A DNA stretch of 64,000 nucleotides from Octopus vulgaris (GCA_951406725.2 OX597828.1:22010001-22074000); one strand, 5' to 3'. Counted from the first letter of the stretch, positions 26,971-42,144 are shown. Program-made: numbers and translations. Notes: generated from the sequence alone by a model not told the origin.

Positions 26971-27559
26971 GATGATGATGGCAATCCCTCAAGGCCTAGG
27001 ATGATGGTTTTCGCGCAAATTTACTGGTGAGTCCGTAGGTGACCGATAAGACCAATTCTTGCTTGAAAAGATCGGTCGCAGTGCGGACATCTAGTGCCGG
27101 AAGGGAGAGTCGCACGTGGTTGTTGTTGGCGCACCTTCCGTCGTCGTCTTTTCTCCTCCCGCTCTGCAGACCTTTTTGACTCGAAAGTCGCAGTTTCCTC
27201 ATGGATGGTGGTTTTCCATAGTGGTCTGTTTTTTGCCGTTTGCTCCCAGTTAGTGAAGTCGATGTCACACTTTTTGAGGTTCGTTTTCAGGGAGTCCTTG
27301 TAGCGTTTCTTCTGGCCTCCTTTTGTACGCTTGCCGTCTTTGAGTTGGGAGTAAAAGATCTGTTTGGGAAGTCGTTCGTCAGTCATTCTAACCACGTGGC
27401 CGTTCCATCTTAGTTGGCCTTTGATGACATAGGCTTCGATGCTGGTCATTTTTGCTTCTTGTAGCACGCTGACGTTTGTTCTTCTGTCTTCCCAACTGAT
27501 GTTAAGGATCTTCCGAAGACAGCGTTGGTGAAATTTCTCGAGCGTTTCCAGGTGGTGAC
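26971..27559 (-). mobile_element. 5'-truncated RTE-clade LINE (ORF C-terminus, short 3' UTR, (ATC)n tail) with 9-bp TSD
   Basis: Uninterrupted frame FHQRCLRKILNISWED...QLRWNGHVVRM...RLPKQIFY...CPHCDRSF..RIGLIGHLRTH*. TSD TATAATATT at 26962-26970 and 27560-27568. Confidence 0.93.
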
Positions 27560-28521
27560 TATAATATTATATTAATGTAGAATATAGAATATATAGTATA
27601 AATAGTATATATAGTAAAATGAAATGAAGTATTGATTGTCTTATTGAATACATGAAATATTGAATATCAAATATTAAGGGACTAGTATACGTTGTGACCG
27701 GAGTGTTTCAGCTGTGAAACTCCTAAAAAAATATTTCGGGGCATTTCGTCCGTCTTTACGTCCTGTGTTCATAATACAGCGGGGATCGACTTTGCCTTTC
27801 AGCCAGTCAAGCCCCAACCGAGCGCAGATGCCAATGTAATCGATGAGAACACTCCACAAAATTTCCATGTCTTCTACCTCTGGTAGCAAGGTTTGTTATT
27901 GAGCACTCCGGCCAAATAGACCCACCAACACCTCTTTTGTACAATTTCTAAGTGAGAAATGGAACATATTTTAAAGGGCTAATTTGCAATATATCAGTGT
28001 ATTATCCTCGAAAAATATTATTGTACGTACAAACATTGCATGAATATCCCTAATCAGAAACCCTAAACTTACATAAAGAATAATATTTAGTTTGACTACC
28101 AATGCATATAAGTTAAGCAAATAGCAAATATCAATAGCAAACGCCTCAGATCTCTATTCCTATTTAATCCTTGAGATTAGCGCAAGCATATTAATCTGCA
28201 AAATATCCGGCAATGAAATAATTAGTGCCTTTTTAATTCCATCTGTTTTGCATGAAAATGTTGACAGCAAATGGTTCTCACGTCCTTATGATCATATATC
28301 TCAGAGATACGACTTGAAATGTTTCCCATTCGCATACTATTACATTTGTGCGTGTGGGTGTATATCAACATATGTAATTCCATATGTCTGTGTGGGTGAG
28401 TGTGTGCGTGTATAGAGAGACAGACAATTTTGGTCGGATATATAAATTATATAAAATAATACACACACGCATGCACACACAAATTCTCTCACTTTCTCAC
28501 ACACATATGCATGTATATGAA

Positions 28522-28567
<46 letters not shown>

Positions 28568-28598
28568 TACATATATAATATATACATATATGTATATC

Positions 28599-28644
<46 letters not shown>

Positions 28645-28719
28645 ACCTAAATATGTATACATACACACATATATATGTATATATCTATATGTATATATAT
28701 ATATGTATATATCTATATG

Positions 28720-28751
<32 letters not shown>

Positions 28752-28867
28752 TATACTATAGAACTTTGTGAGGGGCATTATATAATAATAATAAACGCAA
28801 GTTTCGATAGTATTTCTTTCAACACACGAATTCACATCAAGAATCTTGCAAATCAAATATGAATACG

Positions 28868-28911
<44 letters not shown>

Positions 28912-29019
28912 CTTGCGTCTGTTGGTGTTGGTGTCGCTGCGACAGCTGTTGCTGGAACTGGCGCTGGTTGTGCTGAGCTGTGGCAGCGACGCCAACACCA
29001 AGAGTCACACTACCACCAA

Positions 29020-29225
29020 CACCCAGGCACGGAGACACATCGAGTGTTACGGGAACTTGTTCAAACGATGCCCCTCCAACCACAGATCCTCCTTCGGGAT
29101 ACGAGAAAGGAGATTCGTTACTTCATTTGCCAACCATGTACGGCAGCTGGTGGTCGAAAGTATTCCATACACAATATCAGGACAATCCTAGACAATCCAG
29201 GCTACTACATTAGACCAATCATTGG
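29020..29225 (+). pseudogene. Highly degenerate Penelope GIY-YIG C-terminal fragment
   Basis: HIECYGNLFKRCPSNHRSSF...TSFANHVRQL...YTI resembles YIG.T...FK.R..NH.SSF...T.LS.H.W.L. Confidence 0.5.
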
Positions 29226-29334
29226 AAATCATGCATAGCAGAACGGGCGATGATCTTAAATAACTCCCTCGACACAGATAACATCCTGAACTCCACACAC
29301 CCACCCACACATATATATATTTGTGTGCGTGTGT

Positions 29335-29387
<53 letters not shown>

Positions 29388-29394
29388 TGTGTGT

Positions 29395-30240
29395 GTTAAA
29401 AGTAAGAAGTCAGGTAGCGGTAGACAGTAGAGCCACCTGTAACGAGACATACATAGTAAGTGGTGTCCCGCAGGGCACCGCCTTCCGGCCACTTCTATCA
29501 ATAAAGGCCCTTTCAGAGCTGCTATCAGCTGCTTAGATAAGCACCCTTACTAGCTATGAAGATGATAAAAAAAAGTTTTTCAGAGGAAACAAAATACTGA
29601 AGATATTACACCCTTGCAACAAGAGTTGGATGCCATATACAGGTTTGCTGAGGACAATAACATGCACTTTAATGCGTAAAAATTCCAAGCCTTTCGCTGC
29701 TATCTCAGAAAATTGAATGTAATGCAGACATGATACAGTGACCCAGGAGCGGATTTCAATATCTGAATCAAAATCAGATATGAGAAATTATACATATTAT
29801 TGAGTTAGCAATGAAATTCAGATAGCTGGTCGGATGAACCTTCGATCTTTAAGAACAAGAGAACAGGAAACCATGGCCCCAACAACGGTCACCATATATT
29901 GTAAAATTAACAGCGGAACTGAATGCAATCCAGCGAAGCTACATAGTGATGAACGTCTTAAGGTGATATGTTATGTATTGGGAAAAGGTTGAAAAACTTA
30001 AGACTTCCTGGAACTAATGTGGTAAAGTTACGCTATAAGATACATCTGAAAATCCTGGAATGACATGTACCAAACTTTGGCATTGAAAGTTAGAAAATCA
30101 GTACACCTGGGTGCCACTGCTAAGTACGATAGATCCTAATGTCATCATTAAGATAAAGGATCAACTTTTGGGTCAAGGGGCCACAGCTCTTCAATATCCA
30201 CCTAAAAACGTGAGAGACTTGCATGGAGTAGATGTAAGTG
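29395..30240 (+). pseudogene. Degenerate CR1/L2/Jockey-group LINE RT fragment
   Basis: SGVPQGTAFRPLL...SYEDDKK...LQQELDAIYRFAEDNNMHFNA*KFQ; many stops and frameshifts. Confidence 0.8.
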
Positions 30241-30580
30241 TCTCGCCGATCATAGCCCGAGACTACAGTAGAGTAGATTTGGTAGCGGGAAACTGAAAGA
30301 AGCCCATCGTATATGTGTGTGTATGTTTCTGTATCTGTGTTCACCCCGCCCACCATCGCATGTTTATATGCTTATGCCCCCGCTACTTAGCGGTGCGGCA
30401 ATAGGACCGATAGAATAAGTACAAGCTTAAAAAGAACAAGTCCTGGGCTTCATTTGTTCGACTAAAGGTGGTGCCCCAGCATGGTCGCAGTCAAATGACT
30501 GAAACAAATAATAGAATATATATATTTATTTATATATATGTAATTGTTATTATTATTATTATTATTATTATCATCATCAA

Positions 30581-31249
<669 letters not shown>

Positions 31250-31500
31250 ATTATTATTATTATTATTATTGTTGTTGTTGTTGTTGTTGCTGTTGTTGTT
31301 GCTGTTGTTGTTGTGGTTGTTGTTGTTGTTGTTCTTATTATTAAGTTGATTGTTCACAATTTTAAAAAAACCCAGAAAATCACAGGTACAATCATCACTA
31401 AAGTGACCAAGAGTGCAAATGAGCATCAGCATTGCTAGAAATAAGAGTCAAAACAACTCTTAGCCACGAGAAAACACCTATTGACTGGCAAGAGAGTACA

Positions 31501-32049
31501 TCCCGCATTGAATTTATCCTCATCTATGACACTTACTCTGTTGCCTAGGGTTTAAATGTACTCACCTTGTCAGTTGTAGAAAGTACCGTAGGAATTCAAC
31601 CTTGGGAAATGGAGTAAGTGTCACTGATAAGATTTAATATAATCCGAAGTCATCGACGATTTAACAGGGAGATTGTTCTCTTTCTTGTCGATCAATCGAT
31701 AAGTTTTTTGCCCATGGCTAATATTGGATTTGACTGTTATTTCTAGCAATTGTGGTGCTCATTTGCACCCTTTGTTACTGTAGAAACCAACGGTGAAAAA
31801 TGCGATATATAGTCTTATACTTGATTCAGTCATTACGTTGCGGCCATTCTACAGCAAGGTCTTGAAGAATTTTCTTTATCCAATGAATGTCACTGGTACT
31901 TCGGATTGTATTAATCTTTATCCGTGACACTTACTCCATTGCCCAGGGTTAAATTCCTATGGCATTTTCTATCAACTTACAAGGCGAGTTCAATTAAACC
32001 CAAGGCAACGGAGTAAGTGTCACGGATGAGGATTAATTCAATGCGAAAT
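31501..32049. repeat. Pair of ~150-bp internally palindromic MITE-like units (31501-31650, 31898-32049) in inverted orientation
   Basis: Each contains TGACACTTACTC...GAGTAAGTGTCA. The reverse complement of unit 2 aligns along the whole of unit 1. Confidence 0.8.
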
Positions 32050-32247
32050 CATCGGTGATTTACCACCCCTCACTCCTCTGGCATTTTATTCTACTGGTTT
32101 CATTTGTCGAACCGTTAATTTTCGGTGGCGTAAGCAAACCTACACCCGTTCCCAATCGGTCGTAGAGGATAAACACGGAGAGAAGGACAAACACACACAT
32201 ACATATATGTACACAATTACATACATATATATTATTTATATATACAC

Positions 32248-32332
<85 letters not shown>

Positions 32333-32418
32333 CATCTAGTATAGGATAAACATTTTTCGAAAAGATTTTTTATCAATGGCCAGCATATTAAAAAATACCT
32401 TTAAAGGTTAAATTTATA

Positions 32419-32461
<43 letters not shown>

Positions 32462-32469
32462 ATGTGTTC

Positions 32470-32640
32470 TCCAGCTGGACGGGATGTAAGTTACTCGTTT
32501 TTGCCAGCTGAATGGACTGGAGCAACGTGAAATGAAGTGTTTTGCTCAAGAACACAACGGGTCGCCCGGTCCAGGAATCGAAACCACAATCTTATGATCA
32601 TGGTGCTGACACCCTAACCACTAGGCCACACGCCTCCACA
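32470..32640 (-). mobile_element. tRNA-derived SINE head; related copy at ~47690-47985
   Basis: GGAGGCGTGTGGCCTAGTGGTTAGGGTG...GGTTTCGATTCCTGGACC, followed by non-tRNA body sequence. Confidence 0.8.
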
Positions 32641-32666
32641 CACACGCGCACACACACATATACATG

Positions 32667-32700
<34 letters not shown>

Positions 32701-33070
32701 CATACAAGGAGTATGGGAAAATCGATGTATTGTTGTGCAGATTCCCAACGAGGTTCTTAAGAAACTTCCATTTTCAAATTCGCTAATAATTTTCCCGATA
32801 AAAAAATATACCTGTTTCTTCCTCGCTGCACACTTTTGCCCTGCGTATATGTTTGTCACTGTTGCTCACCTTCTGAACGATAACAACTATTATCTGATAA
32901 TATTGATTTGGAAGTCAGGATCTCCGTCAGGTGTAAAAATTCTCTCGACATGAACATGTGCTTCAGGAATACCTCAACCAATGTGTAGGGTTTCAAGGAA
33001 TGGTAAATCTCATATGTATGTGTTTACGCACACACACACGCACACAAACACACGCAGAAGCACACAATCC

Positions 33071-33124
<54 letters not shown>

Positions 33125-33223
33125 TATGTATAATATATACGTATATATATATTTTTGTATAAGCAATTGTATACATATTTGTATACATATAGTTTTCTAA
33201 ATCTCTCTATCATTCCATCCATG

Positions 33224-33303
<80 letters not shown>

Positions 33304-33304
33304 A

Positions 33305-33340
<36 letters not shown>

Positions 33341-33372
33341 CTCTATCTATCTATCGATCGATCGATCGATCG

Positions 33373-33442
<70 letters not shown>

Positions 33443-33467
33443 ATATTTATCTATCTACCTGTCTGTG

Positions 33468-33577
<110 letters not shown>

Positions 33578-34083
33578 TCTATCTACTTCTCCATCTATGT
33601 ATCACGTGTAAGTTATTATCTATAATTATTATATTATACGGATATATATAGAGAATATCATATTTTATGCAGTTATTATCCATATTATACATCTATAATA
33701 TATTATAATATATGTTTCTATCAAACTTGATATCTCTTATTTCATCGTATAATTTTACGATCTGTATTTTAATTATCAACAAGATCAAAGTGAGCGGCAT
33801 ACGCACAAGGCTTTCATGTAGTAATTAACTGTAATTAACTTTGAAAATCCGTATGCATTTTACTGTTTAATCATTTCTGTAATAAATTATCAATATAACA
33901 GAATTTATGCTAACTACTACCGATATATTTATCCGCACATACTCTCATACTACCATGCACACACAGACACAGAGACACACAGACACACGCACATACACAC
34001 ACACACACGTGCTCACAAACAACTACACACCTATGGTCATAACCACAACCATACTCACACACATATATATATGTATATATATG

Positions 34084-34149
<66 letters not shown>

Positions 34150-34512
34150 TGTATGTATACACACACACACACATATAAATATGCATATGCACATACACCT
34201 TCATATAAATACACACTCATGCACTTGTTTGTGAGTGTGTGTGTGTGTTTGTATTCATGCATGTGTGTAGGGTGGCATACATGTAAATGATTACACCACG
34301 TGACGAATATAGACGTGCACACCCTTACTCACATGCATTCACATACGTGTGTGTACAATGATGTACAAACAAATCCTCAGAAACACAAGTGTGCGTCTAC
34401 ACGCCCGTCGAGAGTTGCGACCCTGTGTATATAGACACTCGCATACACAGAATGGAATGCACAAATATCATTATTTATAGAGAGCAATTTCCACTCATGA
34501 TATATGTAAATA

Positions 34513-34588
<76 letters not shown>

Positions 34589-34806
34589 TATATACATCCA
34601 TGCATATATATTGACATACACACACTCACACACGTAAGCATATACATGAGTCTGTCACATCAGCTGATATTACACTGAGTTGTTATCAAGCATTCAAATA
34701 TTATACATATGCATATCTGTTACAATACATACACTTACTGTTGGATACATAATCGTATATATACAATACATTCATATACAATTGCACATATAATCATACT
34801 TCAGTG

Positions 34807-34854
<48 letters not shown>

Positions 34855-34855
34855 T

Positions 34856-34920
<65 letters not shown>

Positions 34921-35869
34921 TGTGTGTGTATAAATATATATTTATATTTATATATGTTTATATCTTATATATATATATATTGTTACGGGTTAGACAAAGG
35001 CACCAGAAATTAATAAACATGACAATAACAACAAAACCCGATTTTAGATTCAGCTGTGTATTTAGTAAAGATGAATGGCATAAAACACACAGATGGAACG
35101 CAGCTCAATGTTGTTATAATCATTTCAGTACAAAAGACAAGTCGTCACAAAATATCAGAGTTCAAGCTCAGAGCCGTAACAAATGGTGGAATGTAGATAT
35201 CAGTTCATAAAGACAGGTGGTGTTCCCTGGTTCATTGCGAATCCTCGAAAGGCGATTAAAACAGAAGGAATGCCACTCTTACTGTTTGCCTCTTGTCTTG
35301 TTTGTTGTTTATGTCGTTAGTAGTAGTAAAAAACCCTTAAAGAGCGATAGAGACAGTGAATTAGAGCAGAGAGACAGAATGATGCAAACGTTCTGTCCGT
35401 CATCTCAGCAGCCGTCGTGAAAGACAGAATGACACTTGTCATTCTAAAGTGAGCTAGTGATAAACAGAAGTCATCTGGTCCTGGTCATCTTGTAAAGCTT
35501 CCTTCACTAACTAATTTCTTTTATTCGGCACACAGGCCATGACACAGAGGGGACAGCAGAAGGATAAAACAAAAACCATTTAGGGACTGGGGTTATTATA
35601 TTTTTAAAAGTCGAATATAATGAAATCGGATGAATTTAAACAGTACAATGAAATCGAATTGAATTTTAAAATTATATGATGATACATTTTCAGGTTCGTG
35701 TTCGACCTGCCGGTTTTTCCTTATTTTTACTTTTTATAATATTCTTTTTAAAATTTTTCTTTCGTTTTCTCCTTCTTTTCCGTTCAAACCGGCTACACTA
35801 GTGTGGCCCCATTCCCTCTCAACTTCCTTACGACATTTGTCTATCTTTTCTCCAACATTTTTCGAGGCA

Positions 35870-36240
35870 GGCACCTTTTCTCCAAACTGATCTTTCAGGA
35901 CAGGGCGTAGTTAAAAAAAAAAATAATAATAACCCGTGTCCAGAGATAAAGTTGCCTGTCTCAATCCCTCTTTCACGCGTCACTCATACTGTCTCTTTCA
36001 ATATGGCTACTACGCAGAAAAATGACGCCTCCTTTTCCTTGTTAAAGGAGGGAGGCGGCACAATCTTGACGATATACTCAGTTGATAACCGTACTCTTTC
36101 CGTATCTGACACCAATTGTTCGACATAGGTTATCTGTCCCCTTAGTTCCTCACAATGTACGAAGGCGTGCTTGACAGTTTCACTGAGACTCCCGCACCTC
36201 GGGAATGTGAGTGCGGTACCAGCACCTCTTTACCGAGCGT
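35870..36240 (-). pseudogene. L1/Tx1-clade LINE ORF2 C-terminal zinc-knuckle remnant
   Basis: Minus strand translates FPRCGSLSETVKHAFVHC...VAILKETV*VTR (family motif CPxC...ET..H.F..C ... K..IW..R). Confidence 0.6.
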
Positions 36241-37496
36241 CAGTATTTATAATTATCGTAACGCAACAAGTGAGAGGGACATACTGCTCTGAAAACAATG
36301 GCAACTACTGTAGGTGTCTGCCATATCTCTTGTCCACTATAGTAGGGATTAATTAGAAGGGTCAAATATAGAATGCATAAACCTGCCTGGCACCGGCCAT
36401 GCGTTGATTCTCAGCTGTCTCTCCATGAGAAAGTGATGTGGCACGTTAAAATTGAATCCTGAAGATTCAGGTCGAATCAATATGCCTAAATGTAAATCCG
36501 TAAATCCACCTTTTTCCTTCCAAGTAAAACACATTCATAACATTATATATATATATATGATGATAGTAAAGCGTATTGCAATCCTATACCAGAAATCGAC
36601 CTATCATTTACCTTGTCTTCAGCCTGTATCTATGTGATGGACACATTTTGCGTCTTCTTCTAGCATGTGACGCTTCACAGTAGTTGTCCTTATAATAACT
36701 GCATTTATAAAATTAGACACTTTGTATTAGTTTTTAAGTAAAATGTTTTACATGCTAGCTACTTGATAAAATCCTATATAGATTTTATCCTTAATTATAA
36801 TGATAAGCCTAGGTTTATATATATATATACATATATATTTACATTGAGAACCACTTCTCGTCACCAACCGGTGGTTGTCACACGCTGATGACGGGTCAAT
36901 ACCCAGAAACTCGTGTATATCACGTCAGGCTGGAGATGAGAAGGATGACTTTCCTTTGCAAATACTAATAGAGCACAGAAAGTGTGTCAGTAGCCAGCTG
37001 GAGGAGATGTCTTACTGGGGCTACAAGCTACAGTAGCATCAACACTAACGGCTTAGCATGACGAACACAATTAAGCCCTACATTGCCCGCTTTGCGCTTG
37101 TTCTCAACTGTCTTAACGCATGCTATGATGTTGGAAATTCACAGATTCGGGGTTAGAATTTGATCGGCATTGTATCTGGATTATCAGCGTTTGCTTCATT
37201 TTCATATAAAGGAAACAGATATCTCACCAAGAATGAATTCGAATTTTCTCATTACAGAAATAATTGGATTTTATTTGTTTAACAATATAAACTCGAAATT
37301 CATGTCCTGCTGTCGATTTTTTGAGAATGTCTTCAGTTTTACGCATTCGTTTAAGAAGTCTACAAACTAAAATATTTTGATAAAGTGTGAGTCAGAAATA
37401 TCTGACTAATTTAACCTCAACTCAGTAGACTATTATTGATTAGTAGATTTGCAAGAAATATAAATTTCAATTTACGTTCTGATATCCTAAAACAAA

Positions 37497-37862
37497 GGTG
37501 CCACGTTACAAAGTATTGCTATGGGTGCTGGTGCCACGTAAAAAGCTCTGTTGATGGTGTCACGTAAAAGAAAATGATGCCGGTGCCGCATAAAAAGCAC
37601 CGGTGATAGTGCTGCTTAAAAAGCACTTGTGATAATGCCATGTAAAAGCATTGATGCCGGTGCCGCGTAAAAGCAGACTCAATGGTGCAACATAAAAAGC
37701 ATCCAATACGCAGTAAAGTGGTTGGCGTTACCAAGGTAGGAGGGGCATCCAACTGTAGAAGCTCAGCCCAAAGAGACTATGGGACCCGGTGCGACCCCTG
37801 CCCTTGCCAGTTAATGGAAGGCTGTTCAACCCAGGCCAGCATGGACGTCGTTGGTGATGAAG
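37497..37862 (+). mobile_element. SINE-like 3' part with degenerate ~22-24-bp tandem repeats GGTGCCACGTAAAAAGC and an RTE-associated tail
   Basis: About 8 degenerate units at 37497-37702, then AAGTGGTTGGCGTTA...AGGGGCATCCAACTGTAGAA...CCAGCATGGA. Confidence 0.65.
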
Positions 37863-39159
37863 ATGTATTGATATCGGGGCTAGAAGGAAAGGCACTATCT
37901 TAAAGAAAACTAACATCCAGCTTTACAGACTAACCCCTGACCTGAAGCAGAAGAGAAAGGACGAAGAGAGGACACTCTAAAAATACTTGGTGGCGAGGTA
38001 CAGACGCAGGACCGAAATAACGTGCATCCAATGGGAGAGAAGCGGAAAAAACAGTCGAGAGTCGTGAGCATAAGAGAAAAGTTGTTGAATACGGAGCCAA
38101 CGTCTTCAGTATGTCAAAAATGCGTGTCCTAAAATATTTGATGTTTTTTCCTCGTCTGAGCTCAAAAGACATTAGTAGACATAGATAGATGTTGACATGT
38201 TAATTTTGGTCGAATGTCTTCTGCTCGAAGTGGATAAGTGTCCAATAATTGCCCTTATTTATAGTCTAAAAATGAATATTTTGGAAACGAGAAGACAGAA
38301 ATTTTTGACAAACAGAAAGTCGTAAGGTTTCGCAGTTTTCTCATCCCTCACATTTCATTAAAAGTATACGTCAAATATATCAACATACGTACATACAAAG
38401 AAACATACATACATACATACACACACACACAAACACACACACACGCACGCACGTACACACATATTTATACATATATACATTCACACACGCGCGCGCTCGC
38501 ACGCATACACATGCAAATATACATACACACACATACATGCACAAACACACACATGTATGCAAATATATACATATACACACGCACACACAAACACATACAT
38601 ACACACACGCACAATCACACGCATACGCACGCACACACACACACATATATACATATATACATACACATACACGCATACACACACACGCACACACACAGTT
38701 CATTTTGGCTCATAGTTTATTATACAAATACCGAGAAAATAAGCGAGAGGATGATAGAGAGAAAGAGGAGTGATAAAAACGAATATTACATTTAGGAGAA
38801 GTACTATGTGACACACCTGAAATAAAATAATATTAATCAATTTTTTTAAAACTCTTATTTTGTTCCTTCTACGTTATGTTGTGGAAAATGCTATAAGAAG
38901 TACGGATACACACCTGTGAAATAAAGGAAGTCACACTGCCACCACGTGGATTCCGTTTCTTTCTCACTACTTTTGAACATGTCCTATTATCTTCTACTAC
39001 AGCCCCAGCGCGACCACTGTCCTTTGAGAGACATTGGTAGTCTGGAAGAGTTGAGAAACCCGCTGTACATATATATATTTATATATATACATATATATAG
39101 TAGAAATATGTTACAAAAAGAAAATATAAAATACACGTCGAAATGTAAGGGGAAAATTT

Positions 39160-39392
39160 GAAAAATCAACGAAAATGCACTTTGTAAATAAAAAAAAAAG
39201 GCTTTTTATGACAGGTAGCGACAAATATATACATTCAGATGGACTGAGGTAGTTATAAGAGTCCTAAAAGTCATTATTATGAGATTATTATAAGATGATT
39301 AAAAAGTCATGACTTTTATTACTACCTCAGTCGTTACCTGTCATAAAAAGCCTTTTTTTATTTACAATGTGCATTTTCGTTGATTTTTCATA
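39160..39392. repeat. Imperfect inverted repeat between TA-rich tracts
   Basis: AAAAATCAACGAAAATGCAC.TTGTAAATAAAAAA..GGCTTTTTATGACAGGTA and GACTGAGGTAGT are mirrored at 39320-39390. Confidence 0.85.
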
Positions 39393-39395
39393 TTT

Positions 39396-39456
<61 letters not shown>

Positions 39457-40061
39457 TTGACATGGGCGATTCATTCTCGTCTTGGAATTCACTGTCAAAC
39501 AGCTGGGTGGATTTGCGCAAAAAATTACACCGATGTGTAGAATGATCCAGAGTTTTGTATTATTTTATATAGCTCCTATGGTAACCGAGATAATCTACTA
39601 TAATAATACTTTTGTGTTGATGAATGAGGAAGGAAAGGGTGTGTGTTTCAGCTGTATATGAATATATGTGTGTATGTAAAAGTTGGGTATGTGAATGTAT
39701 GTATGTGTGTCTGTGTGTGTGTGTGTGTCTGTGTGTGTGTGTGTGTCTGTGTGTGTGTGTGTCTGTGTGTGCGTGTGTGTCTGTGTGTGTTTTCGTTTGT
39801 GTGTGCGCGTGTGCACGCGCAATAGAAGTAGGATGGGTCATCTATGTTCCATCAGTATTTGGTTTTCACTTTTTATTTCGTTCAATCTTGCTTTTTGTTG
39901 GTCAGTTATTTTTAGCGTTTTTCAAGAAAAAAGTCATTCCAAGATTGTTTGTTAACGTAAGCTTACCCAAACAAGTCGAATGCTTACACAGAACAGGTTT
40001 TACAGCCACATCATCCAAACCTACCGGGTGAAACCGGGCTTAGCTGCTAGTATTTATATAT

Positions 40062-40125
<64 letters not shown>

Positions 40126-40128
<3 letters not shown>

Positions 40129-40761
40129 TGGTCATATTACCAGTTTAGCTAATAAAAACACACGCACTATATATTTGGTGTTATTTTTCAGTGATATTTA
40201 TTTTTTACATCTAATCTTATTTCGGCCATTTTTCGTCACATCCTGTGACCGCATCAGTGGTCCTTTTTTCTTCTCACTTACTTGCGTCTCTCCTATTGTC
40301 AGTTATTTTGTATTTCATTTGCATGCTTATATCTCTATGTGGTCTATTTATTTATATGGGGGATGTCTGTAATATTTGTATCTTCTGGTTATATACATTC
40401 TTGTAATTTGTTTTTTGTTGCAACAACAACAAAATACAAATTACAAGAATGTATATAACCAGAAGATACAAATATTACAGACATCCCCCCACACTAAATA
40501 AACATAGACGCACATAGAGATATAAGCATGCGCAAATGAAGACATACAATAGAAATACAAAATGGCTGCGGTTAGTAAGGAGAGACACAAGTAAGTGAGA
40601 AGAAAACAAAGGACCACTGATGCGGTCACAGGAGTGTGACGAAAGAACTTTGGCCGAAATAAGATTAAGATTAATGTAAAAAATAAATATCACTGAAGCA
40701 AAATAACACCAAATATATAGTGCGTGTGTTTTTATTGGCTAAACTGGCAATATGACCATTC
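40126..40761. mobile_element. ~300-bp-arm imperfect palindrome, probable inverted Penelope terminal repeats without ORF
   Basis: Arms mirror about ~40411-40436 and carry a hammerhead-like motif (40612-40655 on +). The unit is flanked by (TA)n, and the tail 40775-40830 resembles 28812-28870. Confidence 0.75.
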
Positions 40762-40830
40762 CGAAATATAACAATATCTGTTTCAACACACGACTTCACA
40801 TAAAAAATCTTGCACAACAAATATTTAAAC

Positions 40831-40910
<80 letters not shown>

Positions 40911-40924
40911 GTATATATGTATGT

Positions 40925-41345
40925 ATATCAAGTCATTAAGAATGAAATGTCCGATATCGAACTGAACGTTTATTTTACTTTATCTCAACAGAAGCAATGC
41001 ACTTAATTAAAGTATGCATCTAAATTTTCAACACAATTTTGCCATTTTATCGGCAGCTTATTTATGCCGGCAGTGACGAATTCTGGAGAGTTAGAGGTGA
41101 AGAAATCACGAAAGTCTGTTTTTTGCATCTTCTTCAGATTTGAAGTTTTTTCCTTGCAAAAAGTTAGCTAATGCCTGGAAAAAGTGATAGTCAGTTGGTG
41201 CAAGGTCTGGTGGATATGGTGGATCTTCCAAGTTCAGTTCTTGTAACTTGTGTAGTGTTTTCTTTATGCAGATTGACCGTGTCGAAATAGTTAATAAATG
41301 TTGTGCAGTTCATATCTGTTGATGTAGGCCTTTCAGAGTTTAATA
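40925..41345 (-). mobile_element. Mariner (DD34D-type) transposase 3' remnant
   Basis: KLQELNLEDPPYPPDLAPTDYHFFQALANFLQGKNF matches the family motif HPPYSPDLAPSDYHLF. Confidence 0.85.
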
Positions 41346-41898
41346 AAAAAGGCTTCTTCGACAAGACATTCTTTTCTGTGTTGGTACTGGTTAGCGTAAC
41401 ATCTTGGTTACGCCACTCCTCCAGAATTGTGTATAGCGATTAACATTTTGGAGAATTTGTATGTGTCAAATCTGAAATAATATACGTAATTTAATTGTAA
41501 TACATCTTCGTCAGGAGCCATATTCCCGTTTGTACATTCCAGAAGTATATTATGACTGAGGTTCACAAATGCACACACACAAACACACGCACAGACATCT
41601 TTATATTTTTGTGAGATGGTGTAATATCAACGGAGGAAAACAGAGAGAATGTCGAAAATACCCAAGAAAGAAAAGGACAGAAAGAAAGAGTTAAAAGTAC
41701 ACTTTATATTTTTATTTATATCCGATATTTATAAAAATGCGCCCAAGAGAAATCTAATGATATATATCGAAAGTAGATGACGGGAAATGATAAATGTCTA
41801 AAACCAAAAACAACGAGTGGTGTTGTATATGATGTCTTATTTATATCTGACTAATGTTGTATATACTGTGTTATTCAAAATATTGCGATAAGTCGTGA

Positions 41899-41940
<42 letters not shown>

Positions 41941-42037
41941 GCTACTACCACTACTACTACTACTAATAATAATAATAATGACACTAATAATAACACTAAT
42001 AATATTATTAATAATAATGATGATGATGATGACAATA

Positions 42038-42144
<107 letters not shown>

